This document shows positions 1 through 9,620 of a DNA stretch of 64,000 nt, in pieces. Source of the DNA: Giardia intestinalis. Lineage: Eukaryota. The notes under the pieces were generated by a model. The model was not told the origin of the DNA, made no database searches, and saw only the letters and a program-made list of their open reading frames with translations. The stretch lies in assembly GCA_000002435.2 (NCBI GenBank), contig CM018792.1, one strand, 5' to 3'. How positions within the stretch are numbered: position 1 is the first letter of the stretch; each line of letters begins with the position of its first letter. The position numbers and the translations under genes are program-made.

Positions 1-936
1 TGTTATAAGACAGGTCTCTGGGGGCCTGCAGTGCCCATTGCAGAACGACCGGAAAATATCAGTGGCTGGAACGAGCCGCAAGAGCTTAAGAAGCGCAAAG
101 GACGGCCAATCCAGAGTGTCTCAGAGCTGGTTCCACACAACGTGGTCGACGACGTACACAAGCAGCCCTATCAGCTTTCCGAGGGGGTAATAAGTAGTGC
201 AGCATTGTGGTATAACCGCAATTTTGAGAGGAAGGTATGTGCAGTTAGTATTGTGACAGTACGTTTGGACGACGGTATTGGGAAGTATCTTTGTGCTTCA
301 AATGGCGAGGGAACATGCGACCTCCTTTCTTTAGAGTCAGGGAAGCTTTGCAGGCGCTTTAACAAGCACGGAGGTGCAGTGAAGTGTTTCGCTAGTCTCC
401 GACTTAATGAAGTATTAGCAGCTCATATGAACAAAAGCTTTTCTAGGAAGATACAAAGACTCAATGACGACCAATCAGCTGATAGCGACTCTACTGACTC
501 CACAAGCAATAGTCTATCTTCGGAGATTTCTGAAGATGATGCCGACCAAAAGTCTGTTGCAGCGGTCGTGCTGGGGAACTCCTCAACAGCTCACAAGGAT
601 ATGAAGACAACTGACACGCTGATATTCACTGGATGCTTGGACAAGTTCCTACGAGTGTATATACCTGGATCTAGAGAGCCCCTGTGCAGCCATTATGTTG
701 TCAATAGCCCACTAGTTCTGTTGGCTTCATTTGGTAAGATGCGTTATGAGCGGGCTCTAGAAGAGTCAGGAGATTCACCTGAAGAAGCTACATCCTCAGA
801 ATCAGAAAGTTTTGACGATGAAACAAAACGGCCTGCGGACCTCCCAGAAGACTCCATTGATAACATAGACCTAAACCTTAATATTACGACGTCCGTTTTG
901 CAAAAGAAGAACACGCAAAAGGTTATTAAGCGATGA
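1..936 (+). CDS. C-terminal part of a WD40-like repeat protein with an acidic Ser-rich tail; partial, the ORF is open to the window start
   Basis: The frame has no stop from nt 1. The track start at 31 is a GTG. WD-like blades are visible (VTVRLDDGIGKYLCASNGEGTCDLLSLESGKLCRRFNKHGGAVKCF; IFTGCLDKFLRVY), followed by an S/D/E-rich tail. Confidence 0.35.
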   Translation, partial: CYKTGLWGPAVPIAERPENISGWNEPQELKKRKGRPIQSVSELVPHNVVDDVHKQPYQLSEGVISSAALWYNRNFERKVCAVSIVTVRLDDGIGKYLCASNGEGTCDLLSLESGKLCRRFNKHGGAVKCFASLRLNEVLAAHMNKSFSRKIQRLNDDQSADSDSTDSTSNSLSSEISEDDADQKSVAAVVLGNSSTAHKDMKTTDTLIFTGCLDKFLRVYIPGSREPLCSHYVVNSPLVLLASFGKMRYERALEESGDSPEEATSSESESFDDETKRPADLPEDSIDNIDLNLNITTSVLQKKNTQKVIKR

Positions 937-951
937 ACTGGCTTCGCTAAA

Positions 952-1398
952 CTAATCTGCAACTGGCTCGTGCTTAGATAGGAGTTCTTGGTACTCAGCA
1001 GGCTCGTTATCCAGTACAGTCGGGTCTATAGCCACAGCGCTGAATAAAAATTCAAGCGCCTCCTCTATCTGCCCTAGCTTGAAGCAACTCTGCCCCAGAC
1101 GCATGTTGATATGGGCGTCAATAATGCCCCCGGGAGATGAAATTGCCCACCTGAAGAATTCGTCTGACGCCTCATAATCCTTCTGCTGAAAGTATAGCTC
1201 GCCTGTGTTCGCAAAAAGCCAGCAGGATATTCCCCATTCCTCACGCGGATCTGGGAGGAGTTGAATAGCCTGTTCCCATGAGTAAATGGCCTCGTCAAGG
1301 TCATTCTTCCCCTTGTCTTCGAGTCCCTTCTTGCACAGCTCCTTGATACGCTTCAAAACGTCACTGGGAAGGTCATTGAACGTGTCATCTGGCTGCAT
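952..1398 (-). CDS. Small TPR-like helical-repeat protein (hypothetical)
   Basis: Re-anchored to the internal ATG (MQPDDTFND...), so that it no longer overlaps the divergent gene at 1423. TPR-like paired helices: EAIYSWEQAIQLLP..., YEASDEFFRWAI..., EEALEFLFSAVAIDP. Confidence 0.4.
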   Translation of the reverse strand: MQPDDTFNDLPSDVLKRIKELCKKGLEDKGKNDLDEAIYSWEQAIQLLPDPREEWGISCWLFANTGELYFQQKDYEASDEFFRWAISSPGGIIDAHINMRLGQSCFKLGQIEEALEFLFSAVAIDPTVLDNEPAEYQELLSKHEPVAD

Positions 1399-1422
1399 TA
1401 GCGAATAAAAAATACAAAAGAG

Positions 1423-2805
1423 ATGAGCGGCCTTGAAGCAAAGCTCCAGGGTATGCTGGCTAGCGCGTGCCAACGCTCTGTAAGGGTGTCTGCTACAGAT
1501 CAAAAACCAAGTTCTCCGCGACGCAGTACGCGTATATCGGGTATTCGGCCCTTTCTTCCCGGAGACACCTCCAGACAAATTCCAGGGTATATGCTCCCGC
1601 GAGAAACTGTCCAGCAGCGTGAGGAGCGACTCGAAGCACTCAAAGCAGAGCGAGAGGCGCAGGAGCTGGCCGAATGTACCTTCCGGCCTGCAATTAACCC
1701 AGAGAGTGTCTACTACGCAGGAGAAAGATCTGGGCCAGCATATGAAAGGCTATATAACCATGCACTAGATAAGCAAGAACGAGAGCAGGATTTATTTGAG
1801 ATGGGCGACGTCCTTGACGAAACAGTCTACACATTCAAACCTCAGCTCAAGGCTAAGTACGTACCCAAGTCAGATAGCTCCAAAGTGGTAATACGTATGG
1901 CCGATGTTCCCAGTGAGATGAAGCAGTGCGTTTTCAAGCCAAAGCTATCCCCGACCAGCGAGAGAATATGCAAGAGAAAGTTTGGAGACACACCGGTTTT
2001 TGAGCGTCTTACACGACCACCCGAGCGGCCCGCCAGTGCGTCAGATAAGTGCCCGTCAAGTGCAAACACTAGTATAAATGGATGTACAAGTCCAGATACA
2101 ATTGAGAAGACGGGTACGAGAGGGGCCTCTGGAGGACCTAAGAGGAGGTCAACCGTTGAATCTTTCAACGAATTCCTCAGCAGACAAGAATATATAGTGG
2201 CCAAAAAGCAGTTGACTGCATCTCGAGTCAATAAGGAGGAGCTTCGCGAGTGTACATTCAAGCCAAAGATCAGTGAAACAAGCAAGCTTATAGCTCAAAC
2301 TATTGGAGCACGTGACCCTCTCTATGAACGTACATATTCTGCTGATACCAGAGGCTCAAGCCCAAGAAGGACTGCTGGGACGTATCCTTCGCTAGACGAC
2401 CAAGACACCTTCATACCCCATATAAATGAAAGATCAAAGAGAATTATGTCCGCCAAGTGTGACATACCTGTATATGACCGGCTCTACCAGGATTCAGAGA
2501 CGCAGCACCGCTTAGAGCTCTTGAAGAAACAGCAGGACCAGCTTAGTGCAGATGGATGCACATTTCAACCTGCCAAGATTGCCAATCAGCCCGAGCACAT
2601 AGCAAGTACCATTAAAAACCTTGACGAATACATGGAGGAGCGAAAGCAGATGCGCCTCAGGATGGAGCAGGAGCGGCAAGCCAGAGCTGACCAGCGGGAG
2701 GATTTCGGAGAGTGCACCTTTAAACCCAAAATTATTAAAGCACCATCCTCCATCCGCAAAATAGTTTCTGAATTAAGGAAAAATGATATTCACGCACGCC
2801 TGTAG
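1423..2805 (+). CDS. Hypothetical charged protein carrying six spaced C-x-[FV]-[KRQ]-P-[KA] motifs
   Basis: ATG start. The motifs are ECTFRPAIN, YTFKPQLKAK, CVFKPKLS, ECTFKPKIS, GCTFQPAKI and ECTFKPKIIK, separated by K/E/R-rich stretches. The family was not recognised. Confidence 0.5.
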   Translation: MSGLEAKLQGMLASACQRSVRVSATDQKPSSPRRSTRISGIRPFLPGDTSRQIPGYMLPRETVQQREERLEALKAEREAQELAECTFRPAINPESVYYAGERSGPAYERLYNHALDKQEREQDLFEMGDVLDETVYTFKPQLKAKYVPKSDSSKVVIRMADVPSEMKQCVFKPKLSPTSERICKRKFGDTPVFERLTRPPERPASASDKCPSSANTSINGCTSPDTIEKTGTRGASGGPKRRSTVESFNEFLSRQEYIVAKKQLTASRVNKEELRECTFKPKISETSKLIAQTIGARDPLYERTYSADTRGSSPRRTAGTYPSLDDQDTFIPHINERSKRIMSAKCDIPVYDRLYQDSETQHRLELLKKQQDQLSADGCTFQPAKIANQPEHIASTIKNLDEYMEERKQMRLRMEQERQARADQREDFGECTFKPKIIKAPSSIRKIVSELRKNDIHARL

Positions 2806-2837
2806 AGATAGCTAAAAGGGCTTTTGTGTAAATTTTA

Positions 2838-5800
2838 ATGACCAATGCAGGGTTTTATCGCACTCTATGGAAGACAGGCCTCTTTGACACTGACATGCTG
2901 AAGCGGCAAGTCCAAGAAAAAGACGAGGATGTTCAGCTCTGGAGTAGTGCGGAGCTGCTATTAGATCTTATCAGATCTGATAGACCACGTCCCCCCTTTA
3001 CCAAAGTCAGTGCAGAGATCTTTTTTGATGGCTCCCAATCCGCAGAAGCTGATGAGAAACCTTCCATAGACGTTAAAGGGGCCACTTTGAACCTTTTCTT
3101 TGACATCTTACATCAGTCGTCAATCTTGACCAGTAGCCTAGTTCAATACTTGACCACCAAACTACTCCTTAATTGGAGTGATGTGGATACAATTTCAGCG
3201 TCCCTAGATCCTGTGGGATACGTTTGTTTACTGCTGGTTTACCACTCAATGGTCTCATCAGATTCGGCACTCGTCCTTTTAATAGAGAAGTTAATTACGG
3301 CAACTATCCATTCAATCAGTAATAAGCGCTTCAATGAGACTTTAGGAACGTTTTTGGTCATTTGTCGGGGAACTCTAGTTGACATTGAGGAGCTAATAAT
3401 ACGTCACTCCATCTCTCTGCAAAACCTTGCACAGTATGAGAGGAATCTTGCCTTTCTTTCAGGGATGGCACACGGGTACACATACCTGCAAATAGAGTCC
3501 CATAAGTTCGCTGTTTTAAGCAAGCACTGCGGCTTCTCTCGCGGGGATACATTCGCTCTATCACAATCACTAATGAAAGTGCTGCCGGCAAACCAGTGTT
3601 TGTTACAATATCAATATATGGATCTCCTTGCTATTGTTCTGTCCGTCAATCTGTGGCAACCTCAAGCGTGCAGCACTCTTACCGATTTCCTAAATCACAT
3701 TCAGGCATTAAGTCATCAAGCAGGCTATAAATTAAAGACTGCAATGCGCATCAATCCCCATAGCTTCTTAGCTGTTTCTATTATCCGTCTATGCTCACGA
3801 CTTAAAAGCTTTGTCAATGGATCTCTTGAGCAATTGCAAGTGAAGACTCCAGCGCAACAAAATATTCTCGTCACGCTGCGCACGCTGCTGCAGCGGATGC
3901 AGCTATTGATCACTGATGCCCTCAACGGACAGGCAACCGTGGCAGCTAAGAGCAATATTTTTCTGAAGGACCTTCGATCAACGTTCCCGACCATGTACAG
4001 TGAGTTTATACGGCCATATTGTTGCGCATTTATAGTACTGCTTGATGTATGTGCATATTTGAATAAGAGAGGCGTAGAGATCGGACTCGACACGACAGAC
4101 ATGCAAGAGTCTTTGCTTATCATCTGGAGGTCACTTATTGTCTTGGATGCTCCTTATCTGGGCCATAAAGACACCAAGAAAGGCCTTTACTTCCATCTCT
4201 CCTCGGGCTTCTATTGTGATTCCCTGTTAGACTTTCTACTAGAACATCTCAACATTTCTACGTCAGACAACAATTTCTTCAGTAAGTTAACTGAGGTAAA
4301 TTGGTCCACACTATTCAAGCACCTTGCCTTTCATACAGAGCCAGTTCCGTTTGTCTTTTCTTCCGATAGGAAATATAGTTTAGAGGAGGAAATGCCGGCC
4401 GGAAGTCTGCATCACCTACGTGAGTCCCTGATAGCCGAGCTTAACTCCCGGTCGTTGTCTCATCGGAAGACGCGAGATGCGGTTAACTCCATTCCTGATG
4501 GATACATCTGTGGGCTCTACGCTCTCACTCTCATTGAGATTTATTCTGCGCTTTGGTCTGGACGAGGTTCATTGAGTCTAGCGTTCAACAAGAAAGAGAA
4601 ATCCGTAGTGGGCAGACTTAGTCGATATAATATCTATGGATACTTGCCTAAAGAACCTTTCAATGAGCTTATTAATTTTGAAAAGGAGATTGTAAGGCAG
4701 AAGTCCGAGGATAAAGGTGGTATCTACCTCCTCAATGAATCAGCAGGAGATGTTCCACTATACTTTTCATCTTCTAGCCCGTTAGATGCAGAGAACTGCA
4801 TTGTCTCTGTAGGGCCCATACCAGATGAGCCCCTTACAAATAATAAGAGCTCTGCAGGGATTTCTTCAACAAACTTTTTTAAGTTCTATGCCGAGCTTTT
4901 CTGTTCGGTGTATGAACAGCTCTCTTCATACACGTTTTTGGAAGAGCTTATCATTCACCAAGAAGTAGCACACAAATGGACTTCAATTTGCTTTGCTAGT
5001 AATCCTAAGACACACACTCGCACAATCCCTGTCTTTCTTGTTAAGGACGTGGACATCCCTGACCCTCTGCCAGACCTTTTATTTCGCAAGATTGTTTTTG
5101 AAATTGTCAATCTTCTTGTGAGCGCAGAAGACTCTATGTCGCTCACTGAAATTAATATCTATCTCGACTTCGCAGGCACACTATTGCAGAAGCTTCCCAA
5201 TATAAAGCTTAGCCCGTCTATACTCAGTCAATATATTCAAACAGGGGTTTCAATTTATAACAAATTTAATTTCATATTTGGTGTCACGGCAGATTATTTT
5301 GCATCCATTATGTCGAATTCTTTCTTTTTTGAACAGCTCTTAACGAGTGCATTTATCTGCAATGACAGACAGAAGATGCTCATGGTGGTACCAGCCATTA
5401 ATGAATTTTTCTCGAAGCTTTTCTCACACAATCGTTTTATCTCCGTCCTGTATGCACATGCTATTAATCATGCTGCCCTGAAACACTCAGATGTTAATTT
5501 TTCCACTGCAAACTTGCCCACTACCCTGTCGATAATTTTAAGCAACATATTCCTGAAGTTTACTCGTAACTCCTTCTTAGTCCAGCAACCTCAAGTTCAC
5601 AGTACTGAGGAATCCAACCAAGAGGGGTACAGATACATAGTTACAAGTCAGATTGAGTTCTCTTGTCTCATGACGGAGCTCAGAGAGCACTTGTGTAGCC
5701 TGCCCATTTGGGAGTACAAGCAGACGGCTATTGCGTGCCTAGAGTCCATGCTTGATATGCTGACAACTCCGCCCATAGCCCTAAACTTGGGCTCTAGCAA

Positions 5801-8800
5801 ACAGGCTTGCCGATATATATCTGTAGAGGACCATTTCCTTGCTAAATATATTCCTGATACCTTCTATCTTCTGAATCAGAAGCGGTTGTCTGTGTTAGTG
5901 CCCACAGACTTCGGATTTACCGAACTGACAACAACCATGCACGGAATCTGTATCGATGGACATACAAAGAAGTGTGGTATACAGCTCACCCTTTACTTTT
6001 CATCGCATTTGATGCGTCTCATTGTTATGATGAAGCGGGGAGCAAGCCCACTTTTACGCCCGATCATAAAGGGGCAAAATTGTACTCTTGAAACGAGCAT
6101 GACGCAGATTCAGCAGCCTGCAGAGGCTGATGTCAATCCTCTGCTGATAGATCTTGACGAGGGTTGTGAGTTACTCAATGCCCTTCTGATATTTGCAAGC
6201 AATGAGCTAGATTTCGACCTTGCAGTGCGAGCCTCAATCTTTTGCAGCGACTTCATATATGTTTTAGCATCCACCTGGCCTGTTATGCTCTTCATTCAAA
6301 AGTTTTCAACAAACATGTTTCTTTCCCACTCGTCTTCAAATGTAAAGCCGTCTATGGTACTGCCACTAATCTCATTAAAAGATACAGGTATGTCAGGGTA
6401 TACACTACTGACAACTTTGCGCACATTGCAAATAATTTTATACTTTAATCAATTTTTTATGTACAATTCAACCAATCTTCATCTTAGAACAAAGTACAGA
6501 TTTCAGCTGTATAGATATTCTTATAAAACGGTGGTTGAGTTGAACAGTATCTGGACAAAACCGTCTCGTTCATCAAAAGGCCCCAGCAAGCGAGGATTCG
6601 ACTCGTCCCTAATAGCCTGTTACTTGGCCTTCTACTACACAAAGGCAATTATTGCTAAGCTACTGATCAATCTTGTATTCCTTTTGCGTTGTGACAAGTC
6701 TAACCTTCTGACCTACACTGATAGATACTTTGCTGATTGTCTTTCTGAGCTGCACCAGATTGTCCCATACTTTTGTGATGTACAACGCAATGAGGCATCG
6801 GTAAGGTCTGCCCTGGATAATCGTCAACACTCTGACCGCAAGACCACAATGGATCACGGCTTTTCATTGAATACAAATAGGTTTTCTCGTGAGCTATCGT
6901 TCTATGTTTCAAATATTATGCCACTTATTGCCGAAATATCTCATTGCAGCATCGCAAATCCGGCGTCTCTATATACCAATCAAACAGGAGCCAGTGGTTT
7001 TAGAGTCTTGGAAGACGACACAATCTCAACCTCCATCCTGAAGATCGTCGCCTTGCTCGGTCGAAGACATGGAGAAACCTTAGACGCGAGTCTCCAACTC
7101 ATGCGGAACTTTATCCCGCTTATGGATGGAGCCAAGATTGCAATAGGCTGGCTTGTGGACGTCCTTCAGACATACCTAAATCCTCTTCGGGCTATTCTAC
7201 CAAAGAATAGTAAGGTATTTACATTAGCCTCAAACATTAATCGCTCCTGTAATAGCCTGCCCAACTTTGCTCCAATGTGCGCTGAAACAGGTAGTGAAGC
7301 ACGCCATATGACGGCAGCGACAGGCCTGTTATGGTCTTATCAGCGCCAAGATACTCTTTTTGCCCAGTACTGCGTGTGCAAGAATGCCTTCGTTAACACA
7401 CTTTATGAGAATATGTTCAGCAAGGAAACCATTTCCGCACTCATTCATACCACTTGCTACATGGATAACCGGGACTATCAAAAGTATATGAATCCATATT
7501 ACATTTCTCGATCACGGTCAGGACTTGAACAGCAGTACCAACAAAAGTACGAGCATGACCATTTTCTAAAAATCACCACACCGGCCATTTTACCTGATAG
7601 AATCCCTTTATCTGCCGATATTATAACCAATTCATCATTTGTCATGACGATTCTTCAAATATTAGCGTCTGCTGATCTCATTAATGCGAATATACTAGCT
7701 TCTTTTGCAGATATGATAAATAAGAAAAGCGTCTTCACAGAGCTGTCAAACTACACGGAAAGCTGCTTGCTACCGTCTAATAAAGAGAGTGCACGGTACC
7801 CAACCGCTGCCATAGAGCTCCATGCTCATCCTTCCAAAAAGATCCATACAGCCCGCCAGCTTCTCTGCATGGCGGTTCCATCAATATCCATTGCGTGTTC
7901 CCTCCTCAATAGCTACTCCTGCCAAGAGATCCGCTACGTAGCTGCTCTAAAATTCTATTACCTCTCGCACATAGGGAAAAGCAAAACAATCCTGGCATAC
8001 CTTCTTTTCCTCACCAATGCATTACACTTCGACATGTACTCCGGTGATTTGCTCATCAACATAGCCTCTCATTCGCGTCTTTTTGGGCTCTACACGTTGA
8101 TTCAGCTTAGCTCTTTATATTCTCAGTTTCTCACACAACAGCACAGTGAGATCTTTCTCAGTGTTGCAGTTGGCGGAGCTGTTGCAGAAGAGCTGCTATC
8201 AATTATAAAAAGTATGACATTAGACAAGCTGGTTGTGTACATCCACGGTAATCCATTTTCCAAGCAGATCGAGCAACAGAAATATTTAGCGTTGCAGGAG
8301 GTAATAACGAAGAAGCTTTCTAGTAAAGGAGTCACTCTACAGACCATAAGAACTAATCTGATGACATTCTTTGGCTATACGAAAGCAGGGGCTGCTCCAG
8401 ATAACGGTCCCATCTATGCGCTCTATCAGCAACTAATGCTTTCGATACCAGATACGAATCATATTGTTATTCGTGCATATCTATTGTACCTCCTTATCCT
8501 AACATCAGGTTCTAAGGAAGATGCCCTATTTTATATAGCCAATCTTCATTTTTATGATACTATGACGAACTATTCCGCTGAGTTACTACGAATAAATGCC
8601 GGAAACAGGGATCCAGTCCTGGCCCAGAAGCTGAAGGAGTTCAGTGCAGTACTAAATGCAAAGAGCAACATCGTGCTACTTAGCGACCCTGATTACACAA
8701 TAACAGGGATTTGCTATCAGAAAGCGAAGTGCTTGAAATCTCATGCAAAGGCACCCTATCTGGTGTTCTTTAACACTCTAAAGACCAACGCCACCCACAA

Positions 8801-9617
8801 AGCAGCTGTTAAGGGAGGAATATTCAAAGCAGGAGACGATGTCTCGCAAGATCAGCTAACAATGGTGTTGATCTCGCTGTTCAAACAGGTCTTCGAGCCA
8901 TTGAAGATGTGGCTTTCTCCTTACATTGCACTTCCAATAGGAAAGGACTACGGCTTCATAGAGCTTTTAAACAAGGCCAGCAGCCTTGACCAGATAGGTG
9001 CAACTTCGGACAACTTCTTAGTGGGATACATAAGTAGCATTACCGAAGCCAGTAGAGAGGAAGCTACTGGCACCCCGCACGCTTCACAAAAGCTAAGTCT
9101 TACCGTCGCCAAACGGCGCTTTCTATTATCTTACGCTGGGTACTCAATTCTTAGCTATCTATTATCATTCAAAGATAGACACAACGGAAACATCATGATT
9201 AACGAGTACTGCAACGTAATTCATATAGATTTTGGGTTTCTTTTGGAAATAGCCCCTGGGGGAAAGTTTAATACTGAAAGCGCACCATTCAAGCTGACAA
9301 AGGCGTTTAAAACGATATTAGGTGGCGAAGAATCAACGTCATATACACTGTTTCAGCACATCTTCGTTAGAGGCCTGCTCTTGTCTAAAATATTTGGGAA
9401 GGATATTTCTTATTTAATTGAAGCCATGCTGAAGTCAAATCTCCCTGCAATCAAGGGCAGTGGGTCCATCACACAGTTCAGACAAAGGATGTTCCTGGAA
9501 GATTCGTTTGGGTCTGCTGCGGAGCAGGCAGTTCAGCTAATCAACGAGAGTTCTAAGAAAGGGTATGGGGCGTATGATAAGTTCCAGAGCTGGCAGAACA
9601 ATATAACCTATGGCTAG
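2838..9617 (+). CDS. Phosphatidylinositol 4-kinase, type III alpha (Stt4/PI4KA-like), 2259 aa
   Basis: The C-terminal PI3K/PI4K catalytic domain is present: IFKAGDDVSQDQL (the GDD-x-RQD box), FKDRHNGNIMI (catalytic loop; DRHNGNIM is the PI4K flavour) and HIDFGFLLEIAPGG (activation loop), then APFKLTKAFKTILGG. The large helical N-terminus fits PI4KIIIalpha. Confidence 0.85.
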   Translation: MTNAGFYRTLWKTGLFDTDMLKRQVQEKDEDVQLWSSAELLLDLIRSDRPRPPFTKVSAEIFFDGSQSAEADEKPSIDVKGATLNLFFDILHQSSILTSSLVQYLTTKLLLNWSDVDTISASLDPVGYVCLLLVYHSMVSSDSALVLLIEKLITATIHSISNKRFNETLGTFLVICRGTLVDIEELIIRHSISLQNLAQYERNLAFLSGMAHGYTYLQIESHKFAVLSKHCGFSRGDTFALSQSLMKVLPANQCLLQYQYMDLLAIVLSVNLWQPQACSTLTDFLNHIQALSHQAGYKLKTAMRINPHSFLAVSIIRLCSRLKSFVNGSLEQLQVKTPAQQNILVTLRTLLQRMQLLITDALNGQATVAAKSNIFLKDLRSTFPTMYSEFIRPYCCAFIVLLDVCAYLNKRGVEIGLDTTDMQESLLIIWRSLIVLDAPYLGHKDTKKGLYFHLSSGFYCDSLLDFLLEHLNISTSDNNFFSKLTEVNWSTLFKHLAFHTEPVPFVFSSDRKYSLEEEMPAGSLHHLRESLIAELNSRSLSHRKTRDAVNSIPDGYICGLYALTLIEIYSALWSGRGSLSLAFNKKEKSVVGRLSRYNIYGYLPKEPFNELINFEKEIVRQKSEDKGGIYLLNESAGDVPLYFSSSSPLDAENCIVSVGPIPDEPLTNNKSSAGISSTNFFKFYAELFCSVYEQLSSYTFLEELIIHQEVAHKWTSICFASNPKTHTRTIPVFLVKDVDIPDPLPDLLFRKIVFEIVNLLVSAEDSMSLTEINIYLDFAGTLLQKLPNIKLSPSILSQYIQTGVSIYNKFNFIFGVTADYFASIMSNSFFFEQLLTSAFICNDRQKMLMVVPAINEFFSKLFSHNRFISVLYAHAINHAALKHSDVNFSTANLPTTLSIILSNIFLKFTRNSFLVQQPQVHSTEESNQEGYRYIVTSQIEFSCLMTELREHLCSLPIWEYKQTAIACLESMLDMLTTPPIALNLGSSKQACRYISVEDHFLAKYIPDTFYLLNQKRLSVLVPTDFGFTELTTTMHGICIDGHTKKCGIQLTLYFSSHLMRLIVMMKRGASPLLRPIIKGQNCTLETSMTQIQQPAEADVNPLLIDLDEGCELLNALLIFASNELDFDLAVRASIFCSDFIYVLASTWPVMLFIQKFSTNMFLSHSSSNVKPSMVLPLISLKDTGMSGYTLLTTLRTLQIILYFNQFFMYNSTNLHLRTKYRFQLYRYSYKTVVELNSIWTKPSRSSKGPSKRGFDSSLIACYLAFYYTKAIIAKLLINLVFLLRCDKSNLLTYTDRYFADCLSELHQIVPYFCDVQRNEASVRSALDNRQHSDRKTTMDHGFSLNTNRFSRELSFYVSNIMPLIAEISHCSIANPASLYTNQTGASGFRVLEDDTISTSILKIVALLGRRHGETLDASLQLMRNFIPLMDGAKIAIGWLVDVLQTYLNPLRAILPKNSKVFTLASNINRSCNSLPNFAPMCAETGSEARHMTAATGLLWSYQRQDTLFAQYCVCKNAFVNTLYENMFSKETISALIHTTCYMDNRDYQKYMNPYYISRSRSGLEQQYQQKYEHDHFLKITTPAILPDRIPLSADIITNSSFVMTILQILASADLINANILASFADMINKKSVFTELSNYTESCLLPSNKESARYPTAAIELHAHPSKKIHTARQLLCMAVPSISIACSLLNSYSCQEIRYVAALKFYYLSHIGKSKTILAYLLFLTNALHFDMYSGDLLINIASHSRLFGLYTLIQLSSLYSQFLTQQHSEIFLSVAVGGAVAEELLSIIKSMTLDKLVVYIHGNPFSKQIEQQKYLALQEVITKKLSSKGVTLQTIRTNLMTFFGYTKAGAAPDNGPIYALYQQLMLSIPDTNHIVIRAYLLYLLILTSGSKEDALFYIANLHFYDTMTNYSAELLRINAGNRDPVLAQKLKEFSAVLNAKSNIVLLSDPDYTITGICYQKAKCLKSHAKAPYLVFFNTLKTNATHKAAVKGGIFKAGDDVSQDQLTMVLISLFKQVFEPLKMWLSPYIALPIGKDYGFIELLNKASSLDQIGATSDNFLVGYISSITEASREEATGTPHASQKLSLTVAKRRFLLSYAGYSILSYLLSFKDRHNGNIMINEYCNVIHIDFGFLLEIAPGGKFNTESAPFKLTKAFKTILGGEESTSYTLFQHIFVRGLLLSKIFGKDISYLIEAMLKSNLPAIKGSGSITQFRQRMFLEDSFGSAAEQAVQLINESSKKGYGAYDKFQSWQNNITYG

Positions 9618-9620
9618 GTT

